Under the pieces are notes generated by a model, which saw only the letters and a program-made list of their open reading frames with translations, had not been told where the DNA came from and did not search any database. Position numbers and translations under genes: made by a program. DNA of 64,000 nt from the human T2T-CHM13v2.0 reference genome, Homo sapiens, in NCBI RefSeq assembly GCF_009914755.1, contig NC_060925.1; one strand, written 5' to 3'. Numbering within the stretch: position 1 is the first letter of the stretch; each line of letters begins with the position of its first letter. Positions 12,239 through 32,205 of the stretch are shown here, piece after piece.

Positions 12239-14549
12239 TCCAGAGTAGTCTCTTGCCCACTGAAACATCATCAATGATCTATGTTTCCCCGGCCTAGAGC
12301 TCCTACCTGAACTCCAGACCTAAACTGTGCAATACTACCACATATCAGAACCACCATTTATTGTACGCTATTTTTTTTGCCAGTTATTGTGCTGAGATAT
12401 GCAATATGTTACCATCATTCATCCTCAATAACTCTTTAGGGTAGGTAACCTGAATCTCATTTTTCTGTAATGTTTTCTTTCCTGAATGTAATTGTTACTT
12501 CCCTGAAGTTACAAATCTAAAAAGTGATGGAGCCAGTCAGCAATTCAAGCCCAGGTCTTTCTGATCCTAAGGCTAATTCCTGTTCCTCCAGTCATCACCG
12601 CCTCTCAGTATAAGCCCTGATTCCCACTTGCGGTCCTGATGTTCCTTTAATGTTTTTCATGTCTAGAGCTGAGTACATTTTTTTCCCTCACTTGACATCT
12701 CTGCTTTCTTTCCATCCTATATTCTTTATCAGAATGAATGGCATCACTTCTCAACTGTAATATAATTGGATGCTCACTTGTCCGTCTCTTACACTAAACT
12801 ATCAATTACCTGTGTGTGCCCAGAACCTATCACAGAGCCTGAAAAATAGTGTAAAACTCACTTAATGTATAAGTATTTGCTAAATAAATGATGTCACCCA
12901 GTTACCTTAGTCAGAACCCTAGAAGTCACCTGAGATTCCCTCCTGTCCTTCAGCCCCCACTACCAGTTGGTAACCAAGTCCAGTCTGTTCTATTCTAAAT
13001 GCCTCATGAAGCTGTCCTCATTCTTGCCTGGATTTAGTTACCTTCTGCAAGATGGAAACTCCTTGTCTCCAAGGTAACTCACGTCCATAACATTGCTTAC
13101 CAAATATGATTAGAGCTAAAACCTCTTTAGGAACTCCTATGTCTCTAGCATGATGAATATGTCTCTCCAAATGTCTTAGTTTTGTTTACCAGTCTAATCT
13201 CATTATTTGTTCACTCTCTAATGTTCCTCCCTCTCTCCATCCCTGTCTCTCTCACTCAGACACATTTACAAGGCCTTTAAATTCACATGGCCTCTTTCCA
13301 GTGTGCAGTTTACACTGTCCTTTTTCAATTTATTCACTTCAGAAATTACTAATTACAAGACCAGTCAAGAGTTAAGCATTTATCATCCCTTTAAAGTCAC
13401 AGTCTTCCAGTATTTGTACCTCCACAGAGAACTTCTAATCATTAATATATGTGTAACTAATTTCATACATTCCAAATATGGAAACTTCTGGATTGGACAA
13501 ATTATCACCTAGTATTTTATCTGTTTTTATTTTGTAATTCAGATAATCTGATTCTTATAACTAGGAAGCATTTGTAGGAAAAAAGTGTATGTGATATTAA
13601 TCAAGTTTTTTTTCTTGCATTTCTATTTTGTCTGGAGCAAACAGTAGCTCAAGTGAGCACTTAAAAATGGCCCAGAAAACAAATGATCGAAGTCTTGGCT
13701 TTTGAGTTCCAAAATAAAGTCCTAAAATTTACAGAACTGATAAAGGTCTTAAAAGCCTTTTATTTGCAAGTGAAAAGTTTTCTCTACTTTAAAATGGTTG
13801 TCTTAAAAAAAACGCATAAAATTGTCATTAGGAAAATTAATTTTAAAAAGATCTCAAATAATAAGGAGATATATTACTACAAAGTAGTCTTTACTAAATT
13901 TTTTTAAACATTTTGTCTTTTGCAAAGTAAATTTTAAGTTTTTTTCCTCTAGGTCATAGTTATTCATTTATCTTTCTAGTTTTTCTACTTTATTTTGCCA
14001 ATAGAACTTTAGAAAACAATTCATCAGAAAAATCTACTTTGCTTTGATAGAGATCCTAGCACTCTTTAAAAAACTGCTTCTATAAATACACCTGCCTCTT
14101 CCAATTCTGTACTATTCCTTGTTAGATTTCCCCTAACTGAAATTTCTCCTCATCCCTCTTTGCTTAAATAAATTCTGTTCCTCCCCAAATATCCATCTCA
14201 AATCCCATCATGTTTTCCCAAAGTCCTCCTTGATCACTCTGAGTTAGGAAACTATCTGTCTTTCATCTCTGAATGCATGGAGCAAGCATTATCAATGCAG
14301 TTCATGGGCCATGAATCTCATATTGTTTTGTCATAATTCTTCCTTCGTGAACTACTTTATAATATTTTTATTATCACATTCTTTTCAAGAATAGTACTCT
14401 TAATTCTGCAAATAGATTCTAAATTTTTGGAAAGAACTGACTGTGTTATTTATCTTTATATTCACCAGAGACCACATCAATGGTTTGCCAGGAGTAAGTG
14501 CTATAAGCACATTTGATACAGTATTGTATCCTTTAGTGATGACAACAAT

Positions 14550-14770
14550 ATGGTAATAATTATATCACTTATTAAGCATTTACTATATACCAAGCACTGT
14601 GCAAATCACTTCATGTGGATTATCACATTTCATTCTCATAACAAACCAATAAATTCTGTTCTATTACTACCTTTAATGTATAGCTGATAAAACTAAGACT
14701 TTAGAGGTGTTAAGTACTTTATTCCAGGCCACACAGCTACAAGTGGAAAACCCAGAACTTAGTTTGGTCC
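14550..14770 (-). mobile_element. MIR
   Basis: acttattaagcatttactatataccaagcactgtgc ... ccaggccacacagcta. Confidence 0.7.
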
Positions 14771-15399
14771 TCCATACTAAATTTTTACTTGTAGGAATCT
14801 AGTACATCCTCAGGTAGACAAATTTTATTATCTGTTTCTTGATGTCATTGTTTTAGGAAAAGCATTCCTTACCAATAACAAATCTACATTCAAGTAACTA
14901 TGTCACCCAAGAGCAAAGAGAAGGCTTTCTGATGTAGGTTTCATAAAGTAAAAAAATGGATGATGTTGAAGTTGGCTCACGGTTTTAATGAAGTAATATA
15001 CATTTTAAGGGAAAAACTAAATCACACTAGAAGAAAATATAATGCATCAGAACTCTACAACAAATAATGATGATTTCATAAACACTAGACAAAGATTTCT
15101 GCATATCAGAGCTAGCAATGATCCTGAGAAACAACTAGGCAGTTAAAAAGTACAACATGGTATGAAAGAATTATTATCGAGTAAATCACTAAGACAGAGT
15201 AAGTGTTTCTGAAAAATCTTCCAGTAGAATCTAGAATTGGCAAAATCATCTACACGTGAATCATAAATAATACAAGGACAAAGAGATTATAAAGTACTTT
15301 AAGTACAGTACCTCTGCTCTTGATTTACTGCTTCTGAAAAACAAAGAACCCTTACAAACAAAGGGAGTATGGCATGTTTGAGGAATTGTAAATAGGATG

Positions 15400-16008
15400 T
15401 CTAATAAGTCATTGCTAACTTAATGTGTACAAAAATGAATTTTTGATCTTTGCCAAAACCTATTTCTCTACAGTTTTTTTCATCTGAAGAAACATTATCT
15501 ACCAGTGATTTGGGCCATGAACTTTGATATTTTCCTGAACTCTGCTCTTCCTGTCTTGCCCCATATGCAATTAATCAGTAAATCTTGTCATCTCTTCCTT
15601 TGACATACATCCTGAATCCTATCACTTTTCACAGCTTGACCCACCCCCGAGCCACTGTCTTACTGTGGCTGGACCACTGCAATAGGCTCCTACCTGGCCT
15701 TCCACCTCCTACTTGCCAATCTTCCCCAACATCATGCATACTCAGGTACACACAATTCAGAGTGTTCATTTGAAAATGTGTTAGATTATATTAGCCTTCA
15801 AAATTTTCCAGTGATTTCTGTCTCATTCAAGGAAAAAAATCAAAAATCCTTACCACAGTCAACTGGGTCTATCAGCACCTCACCTCCCCTTGCAACCGCC
15901 ACCTAATTAGTCTTATCTCCCACCACTCTCTCCTGCTCCAACACTACCAAAAACAACCCGTCCCCCTTCCCTCTATTCCGAACACTGGGGCCTCCTTTTT
16001 CTTCCATG
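15400..16008 (+). mobile_element. L2 fragment, split by the L1PA and resuming at ~21935-22190
   Basis: L2-like pyrimidine-rich sequence (ggaccactgcaataggctcctacctggcct) on both sides of the L1. Confidence 0.6.
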
Positions 16009-16024
16009 AACTAATCATTTTCTT

Positions 16025-21918
<5,894 letters not shown>

Positions 21919-22339
21919 AACTCATCATTTTCTTCCCTCTCTACCACAAGGCATTTGCACTTGCCAATCCCTGTGCCTGCAATGCTCTCAGTTCAGTTCT
22001 CTGCTCATATGCCTTAGGGAGACATTCTCTGATCACCCTATATAATATAGCAACATTGCCACTGCCATCTTTTTCTATCTTCCATGCCTTATTATTCTTC
22101 AAGGCACTCATCACTCCCAACACGTTATTTTTTATTTTCTGTCAATCTCTATTAGATACAATCTCCCCAAGAACAAGACTTTGTTGAGAAGTATGCAAAA
22201 TGACCAGCTAAGTGTGTGTTTAAAAAATAGCCTTAGCTCCCAAAATACTAGGAAAACCCTGTAAAAAGAGCATAGATTTTGTTTATCCAGATTTGGATTT
22301 TTACTTGTATTCTATAACTTTTTTCCAGGAAATCTTACT

Positions 22340-22740
22340 GTGTATATGTGAGATTTATAATATAGTATAAGATATAAGTAGATCATAAAAGTCACTACAA
22401 TGAAACTAATTAATCATCTCAGATAGTTACATTTTTTTGTGACTAGAGCAGCTAAAAATCTACTGATTTAACAAAAGTCTCTATTATAATTTTATTAACT
22501 ATAGTTCTCACATTGCACTAATGATCTCCAGACATGTCCATTCTACATATCTCCTACTTTGTATCCTTTGAACTATATCTTCCCATTTCATCTCTGCCTC
22601 CCCATGCTCCTGATAGCCACTCTTTTATTCTATATCTCCATCTATTTGAACTTAAAAAAAAAAATTCCACATATGCTAAGTGAAATAAGCCAAACCCAGA
22701 AAGAAAAATGTTGCACAATCTCATGTATATGTGGAATGTA
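22340..22740 (-). mobile_element. Short L1M 3'UTR fragment with an inverted terminal segment (~22672-22740 on +)
   Basis: L1M 3'UTR on the minus strand to ..attccacatat, then plus-strand atgctaagtgaaataagcca..atatgtggaat. Confidence 0.7.
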
Positions 22741-22908
22741 ACACTTTTTTACCCTTGCCAAATTTAGGGAAATTAATGCCTGTGAGCCTCCATTTTCTTA
22801 TCACTAGAAAAGAAAGGAAGTATGAAGGATGTAATGAACTGGGACTGATGAGGACAAAGGCTAGGGATTAAAAGTAGGAATCATGGTTAAAATTAATTCA
22901 CAGAGTTG

Positions 22909-23499
22909 TGTTAACCAAAAATAAAATTCTAAGGCCCCCGCAACTATCTGAATGGACCACTCTTGGCCAAGGGCATTCCAAAGTTAACCTGAAAAAACTA
23001 GTTCAAGCCACAACAGGAACTGGGAGCTACACATGCCTCATTATACCCTCTTCCCTTTTGGAATTACTGATAGAACAGACTCTTTTAGTCTGATAAGAAA
23101 TATTTACAGTCTATTCTCTATGAAGCCTGCTACCTAGAGGTTTCATCTGCTTGATAAAACATTGGTTTCCACAACCCCTTATCATAACCCAGATAATCCT
23201 TTCTATTGATAATAAATCTTTCAACCAATTGCCAATAAGAAAATTTTTAAATCTACCTATGACCTATAATTCCCCCACTTCAACCTGCCCTGCCTTTCTG
23301 AACCAAACCAATGTACATCTTATGTGTATCAATTGATGTCTCAGGTCCCCTAAAATGTACAAAACCAACCTGTATCCCGACCACCTTGGGCACATGTCAT
23401 CAAGACCTCCTGAGGCTGCATCACAGGCATGTCCTTAACTTTGGCAAAATAAACTTTCTAAATTGATTGAGAACGGTCTCAGATACTCTTGGGTTCACA
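22909..23499 (+). mobile_element. MER4-family (MER4B-like) solo LTR, ERV1
   Basis: TG...CA ends, aaccaaaaataaaattctaag start and gaccaccttgggcacatgtc motif. 4-bp TSD gttg at 22905-22908 and 23500-23503. Confidence 0.85.
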
Positions 23500-24745
23500 G
23501 TTGCTATAGTAATATTGTTCTCAGTAACATATGTAAAGTATCTAACAAACTAACCAGCCTATTATGGCCTTCAATAAATGTTCACAAAAACACATTTTTG
23601 TTTCTATTGTTCCCATTCTATTTTCTGTAAAAGGAAAATTGCAGCTGCCTAGAGAGTGTGATCACTCAATACTGTCATCTGACAGGTACCAAACACAATA
23701 TTGTTTAGTCTGAAAAGTGAAAAAGAAACAAATACAGGCCTCTTAGTTTACATTTTAAAAAATAATCATGTTAGATGTTCATCTATACCTGGGGTTGTGT
23801 AGAAAATATAAAATAACCTCATACAAACCAAGATTAGTATGGGCTTCATTATGTTCTGGACTAAATCTTCACACCCATATCACACCTAGACTATGTTGAG
23901 GTGTTTCAAGGACCAATTTTCAGGATAATTTTATTTCTGTAAATATGTTTATGTGGATAGTATCTACTTTAGTACATAATATTTCCTGGAAGCTCTGATT
24001 ATTTAGAAAGAAATGAGTAGACACTGGGTCAATAAGCCCAGGTTAGTGTCTTTTTACAACTAATGTTTTAAGTATCTTTGATCATTTTCTGATAACAATT
24101 CAAATTAAATGCAAACAGTCATGTAGCACACAACACCCATTATCAAGTATTTCTGCCAGCTGAGAGGATAAATAATGTAATGAGACACATTAATTATTTG
24201 CTTTCTACCAGCTCTAATTGATTAATTTTGACTGGTACATCTTGCTAATGTAATGGAGTACAGTAAATATTAGGGCTTGTTATTTGTTCCAGGGCTAGGA
24301 AATCACGGTCTCCAATGACTTGCCCCATTTGTAGCTTTATCTGCAATCTGCCAAAGTGTATTGATAGAGCCAAGTTAATCTCTTTACCAAGTGAATTTCC
24401 ATGTAAATATCACACTAGGAGACCCATTATCAAGTCAGGTGAGTTCACTGAGTTTTCTGTCTCAGAAAACTTGACACACACAACCCCCCAACCCCCAGTT
24501 TTATATACAGCCAAACCCATGAAGGTAAAAATAAATCCTAGCTACATATGTACATAGTTATCTTCCTACTTAAGAATATATCATTAAACCATGGTTGTTG
24601 TTCTAAGTAACCAAATACCTTTATGTAAGCCCATGAGTGGTTGTACCAGAAATACTGAAAATACTTCCAGTATTAGATTTGAAAGCCTTGAACAAAATGT
24701 GAAGAGTTTTAAATCACAGCCATTTACAGGAAATTACCACCAGAG

Positions 24746-24994
24746 CAGTGTTTCTCCAACTTTTTATTGTCCCCCTAAGGAGTTTTTTAAGTGTTTTTTC
24801 CCTAATTGCCATTTCCCCTTGAAATTTTAATATCATGGATATACTGTATGTCTGGTTATGTTCTATGGCCCTTTGAAGGGCCACAAACCATTGTAACATC
24901 TAAGGATTTGTTTTGTTTTGTTTTGTTTTGTTTACTTTTCCAAGAACCAGTTTTTACTTCCTGGGGGCAGTATCACTCCCTTTGAGAATGCATT
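24746..24994 (+). mobile_element. MER112 (hAT-Charlie MITE)
   Basis: cagtgtttctc start, internal palindrome tggccctttgaagggcca, and degenerate 8-bp TSD caccagag/tactagag. Confidence 0.75.
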
Positions 24995-25617
24995 TACTAG
25001 AGCCTTCATTCTACTGACTCTTCATCATTGTCTAAGTTACATATTCTCATTCAGATACATCAACCTCTCTATATCTCATATTTCTCATATGAGCTGGTGA
25101 AATAGGCACACACAAACCCCCATGTCTAAGTCCACCCCACAACAACACATCTAGTACAAATGCACTTTATCCCTTTTCTTCACCCCGCCAGCCCCCACCA
25201 ATTAATGCATGCTGAATCAGGCTCAAGCAACATTAAGGCAATCTTGAAAAAAGAAAGAAATCTCAAAAGAACCATACAAATTGTTCTTTGCAGAAAGACT
25301 GAATGAATTTCAACCTGCAATCTACATACTTTAGTGAAGTACTTTACTTTTCTGAGCTTTAGTGTCCATATTTATTAAAGGGAAATATCAATAGTTATCT
25401 CTTACCTATTCAACCAACAAATATGTGCTAGCTCAGTTTGAAAGTCCTCATGGAGACAACTAGAAGCACTTACTGATCAAGAAAAGGTGAGGTTCTTAAA
25501 GTTACTGCAATGCAGCAAGCAAAAATATTATCTTTACAAAGTCTTAGAATATCCAAAGAAAGAAAATTTAAAAAGGGTATATAGGGTCATAGAACCTATT
25601 CTGAATGATTTTGAGGT

Positions 25618-27624
25618 TGTATTAGTTCATTTTAATGTTGCTGATAAAGACATACCTGAGACTGGGCAATTTACAAAAGAAAGAGGTTTAATCGGACTTA
25701 CAATTCCACATAGCTGGGGAGGCCTCATAATCATGGCAGAAGGCAAGGAGAAGCAAGTCACATTTTACATGGATGGCAGCAGGCAAAGAGAGAGAACTTG
25801 TGCAGGGGAACTCCTCTTTTTAAAACCATCAGATCTCGAGAGACTTATTCACCATCACGAGAACAGCACAGAAAAGACTCGCCCCATGATTCAATTACCT
25901 CCCACCAGGTCCCTCCCACAACATGTGGGAACTCAAGATGAGATTTGGGTGGGGACACAGCCAAAACATATCTTTCCACCCCTGGCCCCTCCCAAATTTC
26001 ACGTCCTCAAATTTCAAAACCAATCATGTCTTCCCACCAGTTCCTCAAAATCTTAATTCATTTCAGCATTAACTCATAAGGCCACAGTCCAAAGTCTCAT
26101 CCAAGACAAGTACCTTCCACTTATGAGCCTGTAAAATCAAAAGCAGATTAATTACTTCCTAGATACAATGGGCGTAGTACAGGCATTGAGTAAATACAGC
26201 CATTCCAAATGGGAGAAACCAGCCAAAACAAAGGGGCTACAGGCCCCGTGCAAGTCTGAAATCCAGCAGGACAGTCAAGCCTTAAAGTTCTAAAATGATC
26301 TCCTTCGACTCCATGTCTCACATCTAGGTCACATTGATGCAAGAGGTGGGTTCCCATGGTCTTGGGCAGCTCCACCCCTGTGGCTTTGTAGGTTACAGCC
26401 TCCCTCCCTGCTGCTTTCACAAACTGGCGTTGAGGGTCTGCAGCTTTTCCAGGCACATAGTGCAAGCTGTCAGTGGATCTACCATTCTGGGGTCTGGAAG
26501 ACAGTGGCCCTCTTCTCGCAGCTACGCTAGGCAGTGTCCCAGTAAGGACTCTGTGTGGGGTTCTGACCCCACATTACCCTTCTGCACTGCCCTAGCAGAG
26601 GTTCTCCATGAGGGCCCACCCCTGCGGCAAACTTTTGCCTGGGCATACAGGCATTTCCATATATCTTCTGAAATCTAGGCAAAGATGGCCAAACCTCAGT
26701 TATTGACTTCTATGCAGGGAACTACAGGCTCAACACCACATGGAAGCTGCCAAGCCTTGGGGCTTTCACCCTCTGAAGCAACAGCTAGGGCTGTACCTTG
26801 GCCACTTTAGTCACAGCTGGAGTGGCTGGGATGCAGGGCATCAAGTGCCTATACTGCACACAGCATGGGGACCTGAGGCCTGGCCCACGAAACCATTTTC
26901 TCCTAGACTTCTGGGTCTGTGATGGGAGGGGCTGCCATGAAGACCTCTGACATGTCCTAGAGACATTTTCCCCACTGTCTTGGGGATTAACATTTGGCTC
27001 CTCGTAACTTATGCAAACTTCTGCAGCTGACTTAAATTTCTCCTCAGAAAGTGGGATTTTCTTTTGTATCATATTGTCAGGTTGCAAATTTTCCTAACTT
27101 TTATGCTCTGCTCCACTTATAAAACAGAGTGCCCTTAACAGCACCCAAGTCATCTCTTGAATGCTTTGCTTCTTAGAAACTTAATCCACCAGATACCCTA
27201 AATCAACTCTCTCAAGTTCAAAGTTCCACAAATCTCTAGGGCAGGAGCAAAATGCCACCAGTCTCTTTGCTAAAAGATAACAAGAGTCACATTTGCTCCA
27301 GTTCCCAACAAGTTCCTCATCTCCATCTGAGACCACCTCAGCCTGGATCTTATTGTTCCACAGTTTCAGGTATCTTTTCAGCAGCTCCCCATTCCTAGTA
27401 CCAATTTACTGTATTAGTCCATTTTCACACTGCTGATAATGACTACCTGAGACTGGGCAATTTACAAAAGAAAGTGGTTTAATTGGACTTACAGTTCCAC
27501 ATGGCTGGAGAGGACTCACAATCATGGCAGAAGGCAAGGAGGAGCACGTCACAAATTGCATGGATGGTGGCAGGCAAAGAGAGAGAACTTGTGCAGGGGA
27601 GCTCCTCATTTTAAAACCATCAGA
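25618..27624 (-). mobile_element. THE1 provirus: LTR (25618-25973), THE1-int (25974-27409) and truncated LTR (27410-27624)
   Basis: Two direct LTR copies starting tgtattagt flank MaLR internal sequence. The right-hand LTR stops abruptly at ..aaaaccatcaga. Confidence 0.92.
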
Positions 27625-27997
27625 AAGGATCCCTGAGAATATTCACTAGTTTCCAATGTTAGGGCTTGAAGGTAAAAGTAGGGTTGAGGTAGTTTAGCCC
27701 ATTTTCATTGACTTTGGAGGGATTTGTAGATTGTGTCTCAGATAATGTTAAGACCCAGTGAGGTACTGCAGCAGTCTTTCAAAAAATTTTCAGGAAGACC
27801 CTGTCTCACCCTTGAGTTTGTGAGGGCAAATGTGAGATCAAGGAGTAAAAGCTATCAAGGTTATAATCTAAAAATGATTAATCTACTTAAACCAAATTGT
27901 CTAGGATTATAATCAGCAGAAATCTATGCCCTGGTTTTTGTAAATGTTGCATCTTAGTAGGTTTGAATATCAGAGATTCATGTTAAGAATTATGCCT

Positions 27998-28296
<299 letters not shown>

Positions 28297-28729
28297 TCAT
28301 GCCTGTGTGATTTCCTTGATACAAGCCTTTGGATACCAAAGGGCCTGACTCCTACACTGCCCCTGCAGGCAAGCCACATCATCAGGAGTTGCAACCTAGA
28401 ATTTTTGAAGTAGTAAAAATTAAATTATTGAAGAATTATTATGGTAGCAAAAGTTAAATAAATCTGCTCAGAAAACTCAAACAGGTCCAGGAAAATAAGG
28501 CAGTTTAACTGATGGAATTATGGTTTTGGCTCTATGTGGCTCAGCTTTGACAGATCCTCAGCACAGATCCTCCATGAGCCAACAACTCCTACTAAATTCT
28601 TCCCTCTCCTATCTCAAATCAGGCAGGTCCACATGCATACTTCTCCCTTCCTGATGAAAACTGGCTTCGTCTCCAGCATACCCATTTTAGAAATCGCCAT
28701 CACACAAGGCTCACCAGGTAAACCTGCAC

Positions 28730-28950
28730 TAATCTGTCTTGAAAGCTTAGGCCCATCACTTACTAATGTTATGACCCTAAGTCAGCCCTTTACATTTTTG
28801 GTGCTTGATTTTTCTCACCTATGAAATAGAGGTAACAATAGTATCTAACTTGTACAATTGTTCTGAGATTTAAGTGAGAAAATGCATGAAATGAGTGTAG
28901 CATAGTAACGAAAAAATAGAGAACTATAAATTTTAGCTATATTGTTATTA
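28730..28950 (+). mobile_element. MIR
   Basis: ttctcacctatgaaatagaggtaacaatagtatctaac..gagatttaagtgaga. Confidence 0.65.
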
Positions 28951-29475
28951 CCATTCCTTCAACACATCTCTCCAATTTGTCTCTCCTCAATTGCTCCTGA
29001 CTCCAACAGAATCGTGACTTTTGTCACCTCACACCTTTTATTTTAACAGTTTTCTCACTGCTTTTCTTACCCCTTCGTTTTCCCTCTTCTTAATCTTAAA
29101 CATAAGTAATAAAGTATTCCCTGCTCCAAATTCCCATCATATCAACTTCCTGGCTTATACACATTCTTCTACCCCTCTTTCGAGGTTTTTTGTAGACTGA
29201 ATGCACTAAACTAAACTAAGAACATTGTTAATTCACAAGTATTGGATTCATTTTGGTAGCTTTCAGCTGTAACCAATGGTTAGAAGAAGATGTATCCTGT
29301 GGGTCTTCTCTCCCACAGCCTGGCCACTCAGAATACACCAATGTGAAAGCAAGACTCAGAGCTGACTCTGCTACTTATGCAAATAGTCACTTTACCCCTA
29401 AATTGCCATACCACCAGTTCTTTAAGCTCCATGAAGGCTCATCTCTCTTAGCTTTTCAGGTGTCCCAACAGTGGT

Positions 29476-29840
29476 TGCTCTGGTTTGAATGTTTGCGCCC
29501 CACAAAATTCATATGTTGAAATCCTAACCCCTAAGGTGATGGCATTAGGAAGTGGGGCCTTTTGGGAGTCAGTAAGGCCTTAGGCAAAGCCCTCATAGGT
29601 GAGATTGGTGCTTATATAAAAGAGACCCCAGAAAGCTTCCTTGCTCCTCCCACCACGTGAGGACACAGGATGAAGGCACCATCCGTGAGAAACGGGGCCC
29701 TCACCAGATGCCAAATCTGTCAGCACCTTGATCTTGTACCACTCAGACTCCAGAACTGTGAGAAATAAGTTCTGTTCTTTATAAGCTACCCAATTTACAG
29801 TATTTTCGTCTAATATACTTTAATTGAATGGACTAAGATA
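29476..29840 (+). mobile_element. MLT1A0-like solo LTR
   Basis: aaattcatatgttgaaatcctaaccc ... ccagaactgtgagaaataa ... gactaagata. 5-bp TSD gtggt/gtggc. Confidence 0.85.
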
Positions 29841-30340
29841 GTGGCCTGTGTGGAAAATTCACCTGAAGCAGATTCTAATAGAGGAATTTAACTATCCTTC
29901 TGTTCAGGGTTTCACAACAATATCCTCTGATAAACAACAGAACACAGGAAAGATTCAGAATTCTAACCTATGATGCCTTTCCAAAGGATGTAATTTCTTG
30001 GGCTTACTAGATTGCTCTGTCTTGTTTAAGCACCAGTTCCCAAGCCCATACAAATTTCTAGCCTGATCAGCCCTCATTTCACAGATTAAAAGTAATATCT
30101 AACACCCATTATACTAATTAATAAGGCAACTGATATTAATTAAAATAAAGACATTGAAACCTTCTGAATGCCCAGGCCTCTGGTCTTTGGGCCTCTACTT
30201 AGAAATTTTCATGTACTAACTAATCATCCCTGGAGTGCATATTCCTGATTAAGGTACCTAACATGTTAACTAACGGACTTTAAAGTATAGATTAAGTTGA
30301 CTACCACCTTCTATGCTGGGTGTTTTAATAGTAAACTGCA

Positions 30341-30945
<605 letters not shown>

Positions 30946-31012
30946 AAAAACTGCAGAATATAATATCTAACTTTACCTCCCCCTATTTCCCAACACACAC
31001 ATTCATCTAGAG

Positions 31013-31224
31013 CAGAGTTTCTCAATCTGGGCACTACTGATCTTTTGGACTGGATAATCCTCTGTTGTGAAGGGATGACCTGTGCATTATAAGGTGTTAG
31101 CACACTGCTGGTGTCTATCCATGAGATGCCAGTAGCATCCCTCCCCAGTTGTGATAAGCAAAACGTCTACAGACATTGACAAGTATCACATGCTCTTAAA
31201 ATCACCCCTTGTTGAACATTATTG
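31013..31224 (+). mobile_element. MER20 (hAT-Charlie)
   Basis: cagagtttctcaatctgggcactactga ... gatgccagtagca ... cccttgttgaac. Confidence 0.85.
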
Positions 31225-31561
31225 CCCTACAGTGTGGCTGACCCCCTAAAGCCAACCCCACTTACCAGGATATTTTTCTTTCTTAATTTTACTTATAGTG
31301 GTCCCCAGTCTTAGAAGATACCTTCTCCACTGCGCTACTCAAATGTGACCCATGCTTTAAGACAAGACAGCACCAAGAATTTCAAAAAGCAAATGAAGCT
31401 CTCAGAAGTGATTTATTTGGACCACGTAAATGTGGGCTACAGATTTCTGTAGACCTCACAGCTCTAGGGTATTACACTTTCTCATTCTTCCTACTTATCT
31501 CATTTATGTTATCTGCCTGGCCCTATGAGAATTTACATTAATACTTAATAATAAGTTTTAA

Positions 31562-31619
31562 TTCATAATAAGCCTAATAAGCTTCATAATAAGCCTAATA
31601 AGCTTCATAATAAGCCTAA
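31562..31619. repeat. 21-bp tandem repeat (ttcataataagcctaataagc), about 2.7 copies
   Basis: Read directly from sequence. Confidence 0.9.
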
Positions 31620-31928
31620 ATCATCCTTCCAAGAAATTGTCCACTGTGATGTCCATATTGACCTCTTCCTTTTCAGGAGAAGTTTTATGCTATGAAGAAA
31701 ACTAAAAAAATTCAACACAACTCGAGTACTAAAATTTCTCACAACTTAATGGCTCCTGTTAAGAGAAGCAAAGTATTAAAACAGTGTACTAAAGTCAGCT
31801 GTTCTTTAAAATAGTCACAGAAATTATGTTATCAGACTGGCAAAAAAAAAAAAAAAAAAAATGCTCACCTGGGTCAATATGAGCCATCCTGCAATTTTTG
31901 AAAGACCAAAGACCACATAAAACAGAGC

Positions 31929-32205
31929 TTTTTTTTTTTTTGCTGTGTCACCCAGGCTGCAGTGCAGTGATGCAATCTGGGCTGCAACTTCGCCTCCTGG
32001 GCTCAAGCAGTCCTCCCACCTCAGCCTCCTGAGTAGCTGCGACCACAGGCGCATGCCACCACGTTCAGCTAATTTTTATATTTTTAGTAGAGACGGAGTT
32101 TCGCCATGTCGCCCGGGCTGGTCTCGAACTCTTGGGCTCAAGCGATCCACCTGCCTCAGCCTCCCATAGTGCTGGGATTACAGGCATCAGCCACCGCATC
32201 CAGCC
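31929..32205 (-). mobile_element. AluJ
   Basis: T-tract followed by a reverse Alu dimer with J-type features. Confidence 0.9.

Noticed and set aside
25487-27087. Several 100-190-aa ORFs
   Set aside because: They fall in THE1 LTR/internal sequence and match no functional protein I recognise.
31562-31619. Short direct repeats (also 2185-2248, 12194-12238, 33515-33562, 36176-36203, 62465-62493) as a CRISPR-like or functional array
   Set aside because: Two to three adjacent copies with no unique spacers; ordinary slippage duplications in mammalian DNA.
31842-31861. Isolated A20 tract
   Set aside because: No upstream retroelement body or TSD visible.
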